A DNA stretch of 64,000 nt from Cyanophora paradoxa CCMP329. Taxonomy: Eukaryota > Plantae > Glaucophyta. Numbering within the stretch: position 1 is the first letter of the stretch; each line of letters opens with the position of its first letter. The notes beneath the pieces were generated by a model, which ran no database searches, was not told where the DNA came from, and was given only the letters and a program-made list of their open reading frames with translations. The stretch is taken from contig QPMI01000082.1 of assembly GCA_004431415.1 (NCBI GenBank), positions 13,029-77,028 on the forward strand. Direction: 5' to 3'. Below are positions 1 through 9,642 of the stretch, in pieces. The translations under genes and the position numbers were made by a program.

Positions 1-583
1 TACAACGAAAACGATAGACTCCTCTGTGGGACTCTTGGCGTTGGTGTTACAGGTACTCTATTTACCTCGGCAATCGAAGCCCTACTAATGGCCTAAGCAT
101 AGCAAACACTTCAATCGTTGATAGCGGAAGCGTCAGCTCTGGTCTATCCTTGAGAAACAACGGCACCGAACGACTGCTGTGCGGAACCGTCGGCGTTGGC
201 ATCACGGGTCGGCTCATCGTCTCGACGCTCACGGCGATGGAAACCGAGCCGTTTATTCGGATGCTCAAGGATACCTGACAAACTCGTCGAGCGATAGCCG
301 CCTGAAAGAAAATGTCGCGAGCATGTCGGGCATTCTCCCTCTTCTGCTGCAGCTGAATCCCGTGTCGTTCACCTGGAAGAACACATCCTCGGGGGTTCGA
401 AACGGATTACGGTCTCATCGCACAGGAAGTCCAAGGCGTCTTCCCGAGTCTCGTTTTCGAGAACGCGGATGGATTTCTCGGGTAAACTACGACAGGCTCA
501 TTTCCCTGTCGTTGAAGGCAATTCAGGAACTTTCACAAGAAGTTCAAACTCTCAAAGACCAGGTAGCGGCACTGGCGAGCTGA
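1..583 (+). CDS. C-terminus of a viral fibre/spike protein with a peptidase S74 intramolecular chaperone domain (frameshifted, 5'-partial)
   Basis: Motifs SSDSRLKENV, LQLNPVSFTW, GLIAQEVQGVFPSLV (alternate frame) and VNYDRLISLSLKAIQEL plus a coiled-coil tail. Upstream shaft repeats NENDRLLCGTLGVGVTG and NGTERLLCGTVGVGITG. Confidence 0.85.
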
Positions 584-603
584 TCTGGAACAACTAGGAA
601 TAA

Positions 604-2329
604 CTACACCGCGAGTATCACAATTCGACCGTTGCCACCGTCGCTGAAAGACGAGCCACCGTTGCCGCCCCTACCAATGCCTGCTGCGTAGTGAGCGTCT
701 CCGCTATTTCCTGCCACCTGGCCGGACCCAGGATACACCGTAGCATCCGTCAAGTTTCCTATGTAGCTCGAGCCACCGCCACCTCCAAACATTCTTGCTA
801 TTGGTTCTCTGACACTCCGCTCCTGCTGGACCCAGAGCCTCCACCGAAGTAACCACCACCACCACCACCACCGAACCTGTAGCCGCTTGAATCAGGCCCA
901 GTCTCTCCACCTTGGCGCAAAGTTCCCGGGTTGCTGGCCTGGCCCTGAGGCCACAACACCGGCTCCGCCAGCGTTTGGGTGCCTCCTTGAGCCGGTATCT
1001 CTCCGGTTACTCCAACCAACCCAGCCGCACCACCGGTCAACCCCCCGCCTACTCCCCCGCCGCCATTCGAATCACATGTACCCCACCTCCGGCCCCTGCA
1101 ACAACCAAGTCGGTCCCTGCAACGCGCTGAATTGCAGAACGACCACCACCGGCGCCGTTTTTGTACTCCGGATCGACGCTATGGCTCCAGCCCTTCCACC
1201 ACCTCCGTAGACGGTAGCAGTGGCAGTCCCCGATACACCCTTTGGGCCGCCGCATCCAACAACAAGGATGAGCGTCTCCCCGAGGACACAGCCAATGTAC
1301 CAACTACGCAAGCACCCGCGCCTCCACGGACCCCCGTACCTGCGCGTTCTCCGCCTCCACCCCGGCCGCCCATACGATGACACGCACAGCCACAGTCCCG
1401 TTGGTACTACGAAAGTCTGGTCGGCCCCGGTGTAGGAGAATGTACCCAAAACAGGAGCGTTTGCAGTTGTTGCACTGGCAGACGAGGACTGAGGGCCTTC
1501 CTCGCCGATCTGGTTGACGCCCTTGATGGTGTAAGTGTAAGTGGTTCCGTAAACGGTCGTTGTGTCCGAAAAGGGCTGCTCGTGTCGCTGGCAAGGAACA
1601 CGCCACCCTGTAGATGTTGTAGGAGACGGTGACGCCGTCACCGGCACCGACCACTCGAGCACAACAGGCTGTGCTGCCCCCGCCGCGGGGTTGCAGTGAG
1701 CCCAGTGGGCGCCCCCGGTCCGTGGTGACGTACGCCGCAATACTCTTCGGCCCTCCCTCCCGTGTTCGTCGCGGAGATCTGGTACTCGTACCCTGTACCC
1801 CAGACGGTGGTCGTGTCGCTGTAGGAGTTGGTCGCGGAGTCTGTGAGGTAGGCCCCGTCTCTGTAAATCTTGTATCCCGTCGCTCCCGTGGACGCAGTCC
1901 AGCTGAGGCTGACAGGCTGCTGCTGGTCGTTGGGTGCTGATGCCGTCACGTTCGTGGGGCGTTTGGCATAGTCCAGACCAGGAGCGGATCGGACTTGTCG
2001 TATTCGACACCGCCCACGATGCCGGCCACCTGGTAAGAGTATTCCGTGCCCCACGTAAGAGCAGTGCTATCGTCAATGTACGAGGTAGACAGGGCACTGC
2101 TCGCAAATCCGATTGGCGTACCGTTCCTGTAAATTCGAATCGAGTCCGCGCCCTCCATGGCCACCCAGTTGATTGTGACGACTATGGCGGGTTTCGGGAA
2201 GCCCGAAGACGCGGGCCGCCCCGGCAATAAAATCGCCGTAGGTCTGGGCCGTGCGGTCGTGAGCGTGGTGTAGGCTTCGATCTGCGGGCTGAAGCCGCCT
2301 ATGCCTTGGAAGAGAATGTAATTGCTCAT
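604..2329 (-). CDS. Fibronectin type III repeat protein with a C-terminal glycine-rich (ALK/LTK-GRD-like) domain; putative virion fibre/adhesin (several frameshifts)
   Basis: Three FN3-like units (INWVAMEGADSIRIYRNG..YSYQV; VSLSWTASTGATGYKIYRDG..YEYQISATN; ..YTYTIKGVNQIGEEG), then [33 protein letters not shown] and GGNGRIVI* across shifting frames. Confidence 0.75.
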
Positions 2330-2722
2330 GGCACCCTCGTGGTGTAGAGAAGCGACTGTGCGTAGGTTGTGGGCGGGGCTTTGCCATCAGAGCCCGTGCT
2401 GCTGCTGCCCTGTTCGCGAACCGCCGCCACGCGGTAGAGTCGCTGGGCCCCAAACTAAAGGGAGAGTCCGTGTAGGTGACGGTTGGCGCATTCACCGTGG
2501 CCACGAGATCCCAGGGCCGTTGATGCTGGTCGCCCTGTACACCTTGTACTTGACGGCGTTGGTGACCGCGACCCAGTTCAGCTGAAAGCCGTACGTACTG
2601 TTCCCGTTGTTGAGCACGGAGCCCGATCGCACCTGGGGCCTGCCCACAGTCAGCGAGATCGGCTCCACGCCATACTGCGGAGCCTGCACCACCTGCTTTT
2701 TCACGAATACGAAGCGGGGCAT
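2326..2722 (-). CDS. Small single-FN3-like protein (frameshifted; 3' end approximate)
   Basis: QLNWVAVTNAVKYKVYRATS..W.LVATVNAPTVTYTD is an FN3-like strand pattern. Start context GGAAAATG. Confidence 0.6.
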
Positions 2723-2760
2723 TTTCCTCTACGATCCGAAAAAATATCTGCCCCGGGTAA

Positions 2761-3437
2761 ATGACTTCCAACTGGTACCAGACCCTCAGCGGCTCACTTG
2801 ACGTTGGCAACAACACCAAGGATTTCGCACGCATACCCTCCGGCAGTTACGTCGACGTCTTTCTGCAGAATCCCGTCGTGATTCAGGTCGTTCAGAACGC
2901 CTACGCCACGCCCAAGATTTATTCCTACCAGCTCTTCTTCGACCCTCTGAGCCTCAGCGCAGAGGTTATCGAGCTGCTGCACGAATCAGGACTCGTGAAA
3001 AAGGTGGCACCTGCCACGGCCACTGCCAACGTCTTGCGCTGTCTCGAGGTCAAGTTCAGGGAGACGGGTACGGCCCCACCGTGAACCGGTACCCCAGTTC
3101 TTCGAATCTTCCGGGTACGGGAACTTACCAGATGAGGGGTACGCTCAAGGGCGACGTGCTCTTCACGAAATTCAATCCAAGTCCCGCGACCCTGGGGCCC
3201 TCTACACGGGCGGCAACCCACGCGGCTCGACTCTACCCCGCTTCCCCTTCACCTTTTTCAGGTTCCAGGTCTTCCCCTCTCCTACGCCGCCGACCAGCCC
3301 ACTTCAGCACGGGCGCCAGCCTCTGCGCGGAGCTGCGTGAGTGCTCGATTTCCTACGCGTACGGCACCGACGCTGACTCTGTGCCTGGGGCCCGCGTCAT
3401 GAACATCGGTGGCGACATCACCCTCTTTCACGGATAA
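2761..3437 (+). CDS. Unknown putative virion structural protein, paralog A (about 225 aa after frameshift correction)
   Basis: ORFs 2761-3084 and 3081-3437 join by a frameshift. Clear similarity to the next gene. Confidence 0.6.
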
Positions 3438-3460
3438 TCTTTCTCATTTGAGGTCGCAAA

Positions 3461-4271
3461 ATGCCGACCACCTCGGCCACCATCGTGAAGACCGTGTCTG
3501 CCGGCTCGATCGTCCCCGATTTCTACGGCAACGCTGGAACGTGGCCAACGCAGGGACGGACAAGGTGGAGTGGGACGGAAACTACGCCACCCCGCTCACC
3601 GTGAGGGTCCAGAATCCCGTCATGTTGCGCGTCACCTCCAACGATTTCGAGAATCCCGCCTCCTGCTCCGTGTACGTGTACTTTGACATCGACTCGGGCG
3701 TGAGCGCGGATGAGGCGGAGGCGCTCTGGCTCTCGGGCCTCCTGAAAAAGATAGAGCCCTCTGTGCCTGATCGGCCCGCCATTCGCGTGCTCGAACTCAA
3801 GTTCACCGCTAACACCGCCCTCACTCGCAAATTCGGGAATGGTGCGAATCCGAACATCAAAACGCATTTAGATGGCGCCCTCATCGATGCCACACACAAG
3901 ACCACGCAGGCCGTTCCCTTTGAGATGTACAACCTCTGGAAGATGACCGCAAAGGAGATGATGACGAATGCCACCACGGGCGGCGCCTCGGGTACCGATT
4001 ATTCATACGGCGCCTCGAATCCCGTACCCAGGTCTGGCCCCGGCTCCTCTTCACGAAATTCACTTTCAAATTGTACAACAACATCGCCGGAATGCCTACC
4101 TCTGGAATGGTCGTGGGCTCTACCCTCATGGCCGAACTAATTGAGGCAGAGGCGGACTACACGACTGCGACTACCAACTCGACAGCGCCAGGCGCCGGAG
4201 CCGAAGTTTACGTGGCCTGGGAAACGGTCGGTCGCGAGTACGACACCAAGATTCACACCACTAGCGTCTAG
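3461..4271 (+). CDS. Unknown putative virion structural protein, paralog B (about 270 aa after frameshift correction)
   Basis: ATG 3461 in CAAAATG context; pieces in ORFs 3409-4140 and 4071-4271. Shares QNPV, SGL.KK, R.LE.KF and L.AEL.E motifs with paralog A. Confidence 0.6.
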
Positions 4272-4625
4272 ACTGGCTAAGCTGCATTAGCACCTGTGTC
4301 GCCTCCATCATCTCCCGAATCTCCTCGCTCTTCTCCTGTAAATTGGCGTACCCCTCCTCTTCTTGCGAATCTCCGACATTGATGCCCAGCGCAGGTTCTC
4401 CCTCCTGTAGTCCAGCGGGTTGCCGTTGATGTGTTCCACGTAGCGTCCACGTGGCGACTTCCCGAGGATCAGCTGGGAGAGGTAGTGCTTGCGCCCTCCG
4501 AACGTCTTGCTCACCCTGTCCCTGTCCACTCTCCAGGGAAACTCCAAGGCACTCGGGGGTACGTCCGAGTTGACCAGGACGTTGTAGGCGACGTCTTGCG
4601 AGTCGGTGCACCGGAGCAGGGCCAT
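4261..4625 (-). CDS. HNH endonuclease (HNH_3, phage/large DNA virus type)
   Basis: YLSQLILG..YVEHINGNPLDYRRENLRWAS resembles the VDHINGN.LDNRR.NLR motif. The C-terminus ends at 4308 or, with one frameshift, at 4261. Confidence 0.8.
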
Positions 4626-4649
4626 TTTGCTCTAGGTTCGGAAAAACCT

Positions 4650-4729
4650 GGGACTTGGGACTTGGGACTTGGGACTTGGGACTTGGGACTTGGGACTTGG
4701 GACTTGGGACTTGGGACTTGGGACTTGGG
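4650..4729 (+). repeat. (GGGACTT)11-GGG heptamer array, module 1
   Basis: Perfect tandem repeat followed by AAGAGTT. Confidence 0.97.
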
Positions 4730-5156
4730 AAGAGTTGAAACCCAGGTCCCGGCCCAGACTTTCTCCAGGATCAGAAATTTGTCAGACAAGTCAGGTGAGT
4801 TTTTCTACCGACTTTTTTACTCCTACCACCCCTCGTACTCTTTTTTACTCGTAGTCTTTTTTACTCGTATCCCATCTCGTACCCTCCTTCTCTCGACATC
4901 TCGCACGAATACTCCTACCCCTCTTCACATCCTTTTTCGGTTGCATACTCTCGTGAGCTTTCATGTCCAGTTTCATGCTACAAGTCGTACACCAGTTCAG
5001 ACTCTACCTCGCTTGAAATCTCACCTGGAATGTCACCAGAAACGTCGTATCCAGAATTCCGTACCCCTTTCTAAGTCTGCCCGGTGGTTAGGGACTTGGT
5101 GCAGCAAACTCTCAGATCCAGAGAAAGTCTGGGCCCAGACCCTGAGTCTAACTCTT

Positions 5157-5201
5157 CCCAAGTCCCAAGTCCCAAGTCCCAAGTCCCAAGTCCCAAGTCC
5201 C
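5157..5201 (-). repeat. (GGGACTT)6 heptamer array, module 2, inverted relative to module 1
   Basis: (CCCAAGT)6CCC on the + strand, preceded by AACTCTT. About 65 nt of flank is also an imperfect inverted copy of 4730-4792. Confidence 0.97.
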
Positions 5202-5275
5202 AGGATCGCGCCAAGTCGTAACTGAATAGTCGGACAATTTTTACAAGTATGTACAGTGGAATGACGCAATACTAT

Positions 5276-6503
5276 TTACAGCATCTCAAAATCAGAGTCA
5301 TCATCGGAAACCAAGTCAATCGGTGCATCGGGCGCGGACTTAAGGGGAATGCGGGGAAGGGCCTGCGCTGCCTGCACTAAGTCCTGCCGCTCCTGCTCGC
5401 GCTGCGCCGCCAAGGCCGCTGCCGCCTCTGCCTCGCGCCGCTGCTGAGCCTCGACGCGCGCCCTAAGTTCCGCTGCCTCCTTCTTCTTGCGCTCGGCAAT
5501 CTTGGCCAGCGTCATCTCGCGACGAAGAAGGCGCTCGTGACGCAACTTGCGCCGGAGTTCGGCCATTTCGCGCTTGGCGATGATGCGCTTCTCAATGGTC
5601 TTGACGTGCTGAGTCAGGCGCTCGGTGTAGTGTGACGTCACGCGAGAACGGGCAATGCCAGCGCCGATCTTCAAGTCTTTTTCGTGTTCCTTGGCGGGAT
5701 TCTTGACTCGCTCGGAGTTGTCGGTGAATGACGTGGTCTCCATGAACTTCTTCTTGACGATTGACTTGGTCTTGATAATGCGGCGCTTGCGAGTCGGGTT
5801 TTCGTTGTCGCCTTCAGAGTCAGAAGACGACTCAGAGTCGTATGGAATCGGCACGTCAAAGTCGATGAAGTCGTTGATGTCAGACTCGGCGTCAGAGGCC
5901 TCGGACGTGGCGTCATCGGCGGGCTGAGGGGCGGGCTCGGCGACGGGCTGAGGGGCAGATGACGACGATGACGGAGGGGGGTAATTCGTGAAGACTTGCG
6001 GGGGGTAGGCCCAGGCGAGCGTTTCGGCGGCAGACTCGGCGAAAAGCTTGGGGTCGCCCCAGCCAGTGGGAGTCTTGACCCAGCCGGGGACGGGGGGCAC
6101 GTCGTCAGAGGGCTTGGGAGGGGGGGCCTTGGTGTTGCGCCAGTACGTGCCGGTCCACTCCCAGTCGGAATAAGGCCAGGCTGCAAAAAAATGGGAGAAA
6201 TCAGCCAAAGTCGAGAGGGAAAATCAGAGGGGCTCACCGGGGGGGCCATCGGCCCAGGCCTTGTAGCAGGGGTGAAGTTTGGCGCCTTCTTCTTCTTCGA
6301 GGGGGTGTACGAATCTCCCCTCGACGACGGCCTCGACGGTTTCGTGGAAGGGTACGAGGTAGAGCTCGCCTTCGTACGTCTCGTACTTGTACCGGAGCAG
6401 CTGAGCGCGCCGTTGCATGTCGGGGGTAGGCTGTTGTCCGGACTTGTGCAGATTGCGGGCGGCGACGAGGTCTATGTCGAGGGCGGGGATAAGGCTTGGG
6501 CAT
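5276..6503 (-). CDS. Spliced hypothetical protein of the element (Pro/Trp-rich, acidic, then basic coiled-coil); 5' end uncertain
   Basis: A 57-nt GT-AG intron at 6181-6237 (GTGAG..GCTGAT..TTTTTTTGCAG, with an in-frame TGA) joins ORF 6224-6418 in frame to ORF 5276-6208 (DGPP|AWPYSDW). A second acceptor-like CTGAC..GCGCAG lies just upstream of 6503. Confidence 0.65.
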
Positions 6504-7008
6504 CTGCGCCAAAGGGAAAATCGTCAGGCAAAGGCAAAACGTGAGGTGACTGTGAGGGCGGACTTGCACGGATTCGGAGAGGCAGAGTTTGCTTGGGCTG
6601 AGAGAGGCGGCGAACCCGTTTCAAGAGTGAGCCAAAATGGCGGCGGACCGCGGTTTTGTGGGTGATTTTTTTCGCGGTCTAGTTCGCAACGGAAAACGTT
6701 GCCAACTGGCCTGAAAAAAGCCAAATTTAGCGTTGGGCCGAAGGCAGAAAAAGGAGCCGGCCTGACGGAAATCGCCCGAGTGCGTCCGCCGAAGGTCGAG
6801 TCTCGGATGGGGGTACACCCTCAGGGGGCCCCTGGTCCCTCACCCTGGTAGTACCCTCTCAAAGGGATTTTCGAAGCCGTACAATTCTTGGTAAGTCTCG
6901 TAGTCCGGGCTGTACCCCTCACAATCTGCGGGAGCCCCATTGAAAGCCTCCGTCTGTCCTCTCTCAATTCCCTGCGGAAAAGACTGCGGTCGCTTCGAGC
7001 TTCGCGCG

Positions 7009-7308
7009 TCACGCCAGCTGGGCGTGGTCTATGATTGTTAGGGTTGTCGTAGCCTGGCCCACCAGCCTCACGAAATTTTCGCGTACGGCCTCGGGGAGAC
7101 TCTGGAAACGGCTCGTCGCGTGGAACTCAATCCATTCATTGAATCGACGCGGATATTGACGGATGACTTCAAGCACGCCCTGTGTGTTGGGCTCTGGTGT
7201 TATGTCGGGAATGTCATGTCCTGTGAGGTGCCAACGCCAGAACTCGCGCAGCCTTTCGAATGCCATCTGCAACTCAAAGGGGAAATCGTAATAGAGATTG
7301 CCTGACAT
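7009..7308 (-). CDS. Hypothetical 99-aa protein of the element
   Basis: MSGNLYYDFPFELQMAFERLREFWRWH..., AAAAATG start, protein-like composition, about 58 nt downstream of heptamer module 3. Confidence 0.55.
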   Translation of the reverse strand: MSGNLYYDFPFELQMAFERLREFWRWHLTGHDIPDITPEPNTQGVLEVIRQYPRRFNEWIEFHATSRFQSLPEAVRENFVRLVGQATTTLTIIDHAQLA

Positions 7309-7366
7309 TTTTCTCCCCGTCCGAAAATTTCCCCGCTTTTGGGTCCAGACTCTGATTTTAACTCTT

Positions 7367-7422
7367 CCCAAGTCCCAAGTCCCAAGTCCCAAGTCCCAAG
7401 TCCCAAGTCCCAAGTCCCAAGT
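7367..7422 (-). repeat. (GGGACTT)8 heptamer array, module 3
   Basis: (CCCAAGT)8 on the + strand with the same AACTCTT flank as module 2. Confidence 0.97.
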
Positions 7423-7513
7423 TTTCGATCGATTTCACGCGTGAAAACGGCACTTTTCGGCCTTTTCCGATTTTTCCTTTCTCGAGATCGCATTAATGCC
7501 CTCGATCTCGAAA

Positions 7514-7590
7514 TCGCGATCGAAAATGGTCGCGATCGTGAGAAAGTCGCGATCACCAGGGTCGCGATCGGCTCGTGATCGCCGCGATCG
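7514..7590. repeat. Cluster of TCGCGATC iteron-like repeats near the element end
   Basis: Copies at 7514, 7530, 7547 and 7562, with variants at 7573 and 7582. Confidence 0.8.
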
Positions 7591-7955
7591 CCAGCCTCGG
7601 AGGGGGTACCCCACAGCTGTTGCGGCGGTTATAAGAACCTCCGCAATCCAAGCGTCACTTCCGAGTCTCGAGCTCTCGGAGTTGACTTTTCGCGTTTGGC
7701 CCATTGATGGCCCTCCTATATAGATGCATGCGGATGATCAAGCTCCCGTCGACGTCGACGTCTCGTTACGTATACGACGCATGATCAAGTTCCCGTCTCG
7801 TTACCGTAGTACAATTAGGCAGATTTCGATTTCCTGCAGACCTAGCTAAATTAAAGCTAGCGAGCCGTGTTTGTCAAAAGTGCAGATCTAGATTTGTCTT
7901 ATCCGATTATAATTTAAAGAATACATCCAACCTGTAGCTACCCCCCGACCCCCGA

Positions 7956-8861
7956 TCATCTCCTACGCCCCCGGCGGGGGTCAAGACCCGGCCGCTGTGG
8001 GTCGGCCTGCTGTGCCGACCCTCCGATCTCGCGCCTGCAGACAGGGCAAGTTCGGTTGGCGTCGAACCACTGCGATATGCAGGCCTCGCTGCGGGGGCGG
8101 CAGGGTCGGATGAGGCGCGGTACAGGGCCGGGCCGGGCCCCCAGCGGGCGCGCGGGGGGCGCACTGGTAGATGTGGTCGCAGGGAAGCTTCATGACGCGC
8201 AAGCCAGCCGCCATCCGATCCTTGCACACCTGCGCGCGCTGAGAGCTAGCGGCCGGGCGCGCAGCGCGCGGGCTCGCCTGGCACTCCTGCGATGACTCGG
8301 CGCTCGTAGCGGCGTAGACCGGGAGCCTGGCGCGCTCAGCCTGGCTCACGCCCCGCCGCACGTTCGCCTCATCGAGACGGAGCAGCTCCTCGTACGACAT
8401 CCCCGGCGTCGTCGGCCGCCCTGCGCGTATGGGTCGGGGCCGCAAGACGGACGCAGGGGCCGGCCGCACCGCCAAAGTGAATTCCGAGGCCGCCGAGAGA
8501 CGAAAGAATCCTCTCCATGTCAGAGATGAGGCCGGCTGTTTCAATCCCCGATGCTGGTTCCCTCACCCGCGCCACATGAGGCGAACGCACTGCCCCGGAT
8601 AGGAGCTCGAGTAAGCGGAGCAGGGCCCAAACCGCAGGCGGGGCAGCACCGGCATGGCGGGAATGGGCGGCTGGATGATTTGAGAGAGAGGGGAGAGCTG
8701 GAAGCGTGGGATGCGTTGATGGAGACGGCGCGCTGCGCGATGGAAGGCTTAGAGCGGGCGCCGAGGCCACTCTTGAAGAGCGCGGCGTACAGGGAGAACG
8801 AGGTCGTGCCGTGCACGTGCTCTTGGAGTTCGTTGAAGCTCATATTCAAGAAATCGTCCAT
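7956..8861 (-). CDS. RING-H2 E3 ubiquitin ligase (multi-exon)
   Basis: MSYEELLRLDEANVRRGVS, then spliced CQ|VC..KLPCDHIYH|EACISQWFDANRTCPVCR. Confidence 0.85.
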
Positions 8862-9642
8862 ACTCCTACGGCCGACTCCGATTATATATAACAATAGCGC
8901 AGGCGAGAATATGATTATACGTGCCTGAATGCAGAACCGCCGAAGCTGCTACTTCGCGGCGCCGCGGGCCGGCCGCTGCTGCTCGCGCCTCCTGCAGGCT
9001 CGTACGATGACGTTCGCAATATCCTTTCCGGCGAGCGATGCATGGCCTGTAGGCGGCTGGCCGGGCCGGCGCTGGGCGGGCCGGGGCGAAGCTTCTAGCT
9101 CACTTTTTTTGAAGGAGGGGTACCGATCTCGCAATCGAGTCCAGGCCGATGGCCAGGCGCCGGCGCGCGCACCGACAGGCCGGCGCCGCGGTACCGTCGC
9201 CGAGTTGGATCCCGGACCGCCGCGGCTTCTGAGTCTAGCGCTATAGCTCACTCTTTTCTGCAGGAGGGCTACCGAACTGCAGGCTTGAGGCCACGCGGTA
9301 CCGGTACGTTTACGTACGTATACTAGTATACGTATACGGTGCGCATATGCATGCGCATATGCATGCGCATATGCACGAACATGCGCTACTGCTGCTGATG
9401 CGACGCGGCGCATGAGATTGCGCACGCGGCCGCGCGCGCGCGGTCGACGTCGTGCGCGTGCGAAGTCCAATTCAATTAAGATTAATGATTCGAGGCTTAA
9501 TTAGTGGCCTCGCGATCGGCCAGGGGGCACATCGGAGCTCGTAAGAGCGAGCCCGGTCCCGGCGAGGTCGTAAGAGCGAGCTCGAGGGTTCGAGAGGTTG
9601 GGGAAAAGTGACGGCCCGCGGCCGCGGTGCGGGGTTTGTGAG

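Larger units (their letters stand above)
1..7620. mobile_element. Right-hand part of an endogenous DNA virus-like element (possibly Polinton-like virus/virophage-related; class unassigned); left end lies outside the window
   Basis: Tightly packed, mostly intronless ORFs with AAATG/AAAATG start contexts (2722, 2761, 3461, 4625, 7308). Virion-fibre domains (S74, FN3, Gly-rich) and a phage-type HNH are present. GC is lower than in the adjacent host genes. The right boundary is approximate (host-type palindromic spacer starts about 7720). No polymerase, integrase or ATPase is visible in the window. Confidence 0.7.

Noticed and set aside
1-4625. Programmed frameshifting or an alternative genetic code to explain broken viral ORFs
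   Set aside because: Shifts are numerous and lack a common slippery motif, and host genes use standard stops. Consensus error or decay is simpler.
4648-5203. Inverted-repeat segment as an independently inserted MITE
   Set aside because: No target-site duplication, and a third module at 7367 shows the repeat is intrinsic to the larger element. Not fully excluded.
4431-5269. ORFs containing LGTWDLG or PSPKSQV repeats (also 7200-7578)
   Set aside because: They are translations of the stop-free (GGGACTT)n arrays, with no protein-like context.
6821-7012. 63-aa ORF overlapping the 7009 stop (GTGA)
   Set aside because: Non-ATG start and no motif; it could be a frameshifted extension but is unsupported.
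4650-7422. Heptamer arrays or 33-70-nt tandem repeats as CRISPR arrays
   Set aside because: There are no unique spacers and no cas genes, and the context is eukaryotic.
7583-7590. GCGATCGC as cyanobacterial HIP1 evidence of plastid or cyanobacterial origin
   Set aside because: Only one exact octamer occurs in the cluster; the repeated unit is TCGCGATC.
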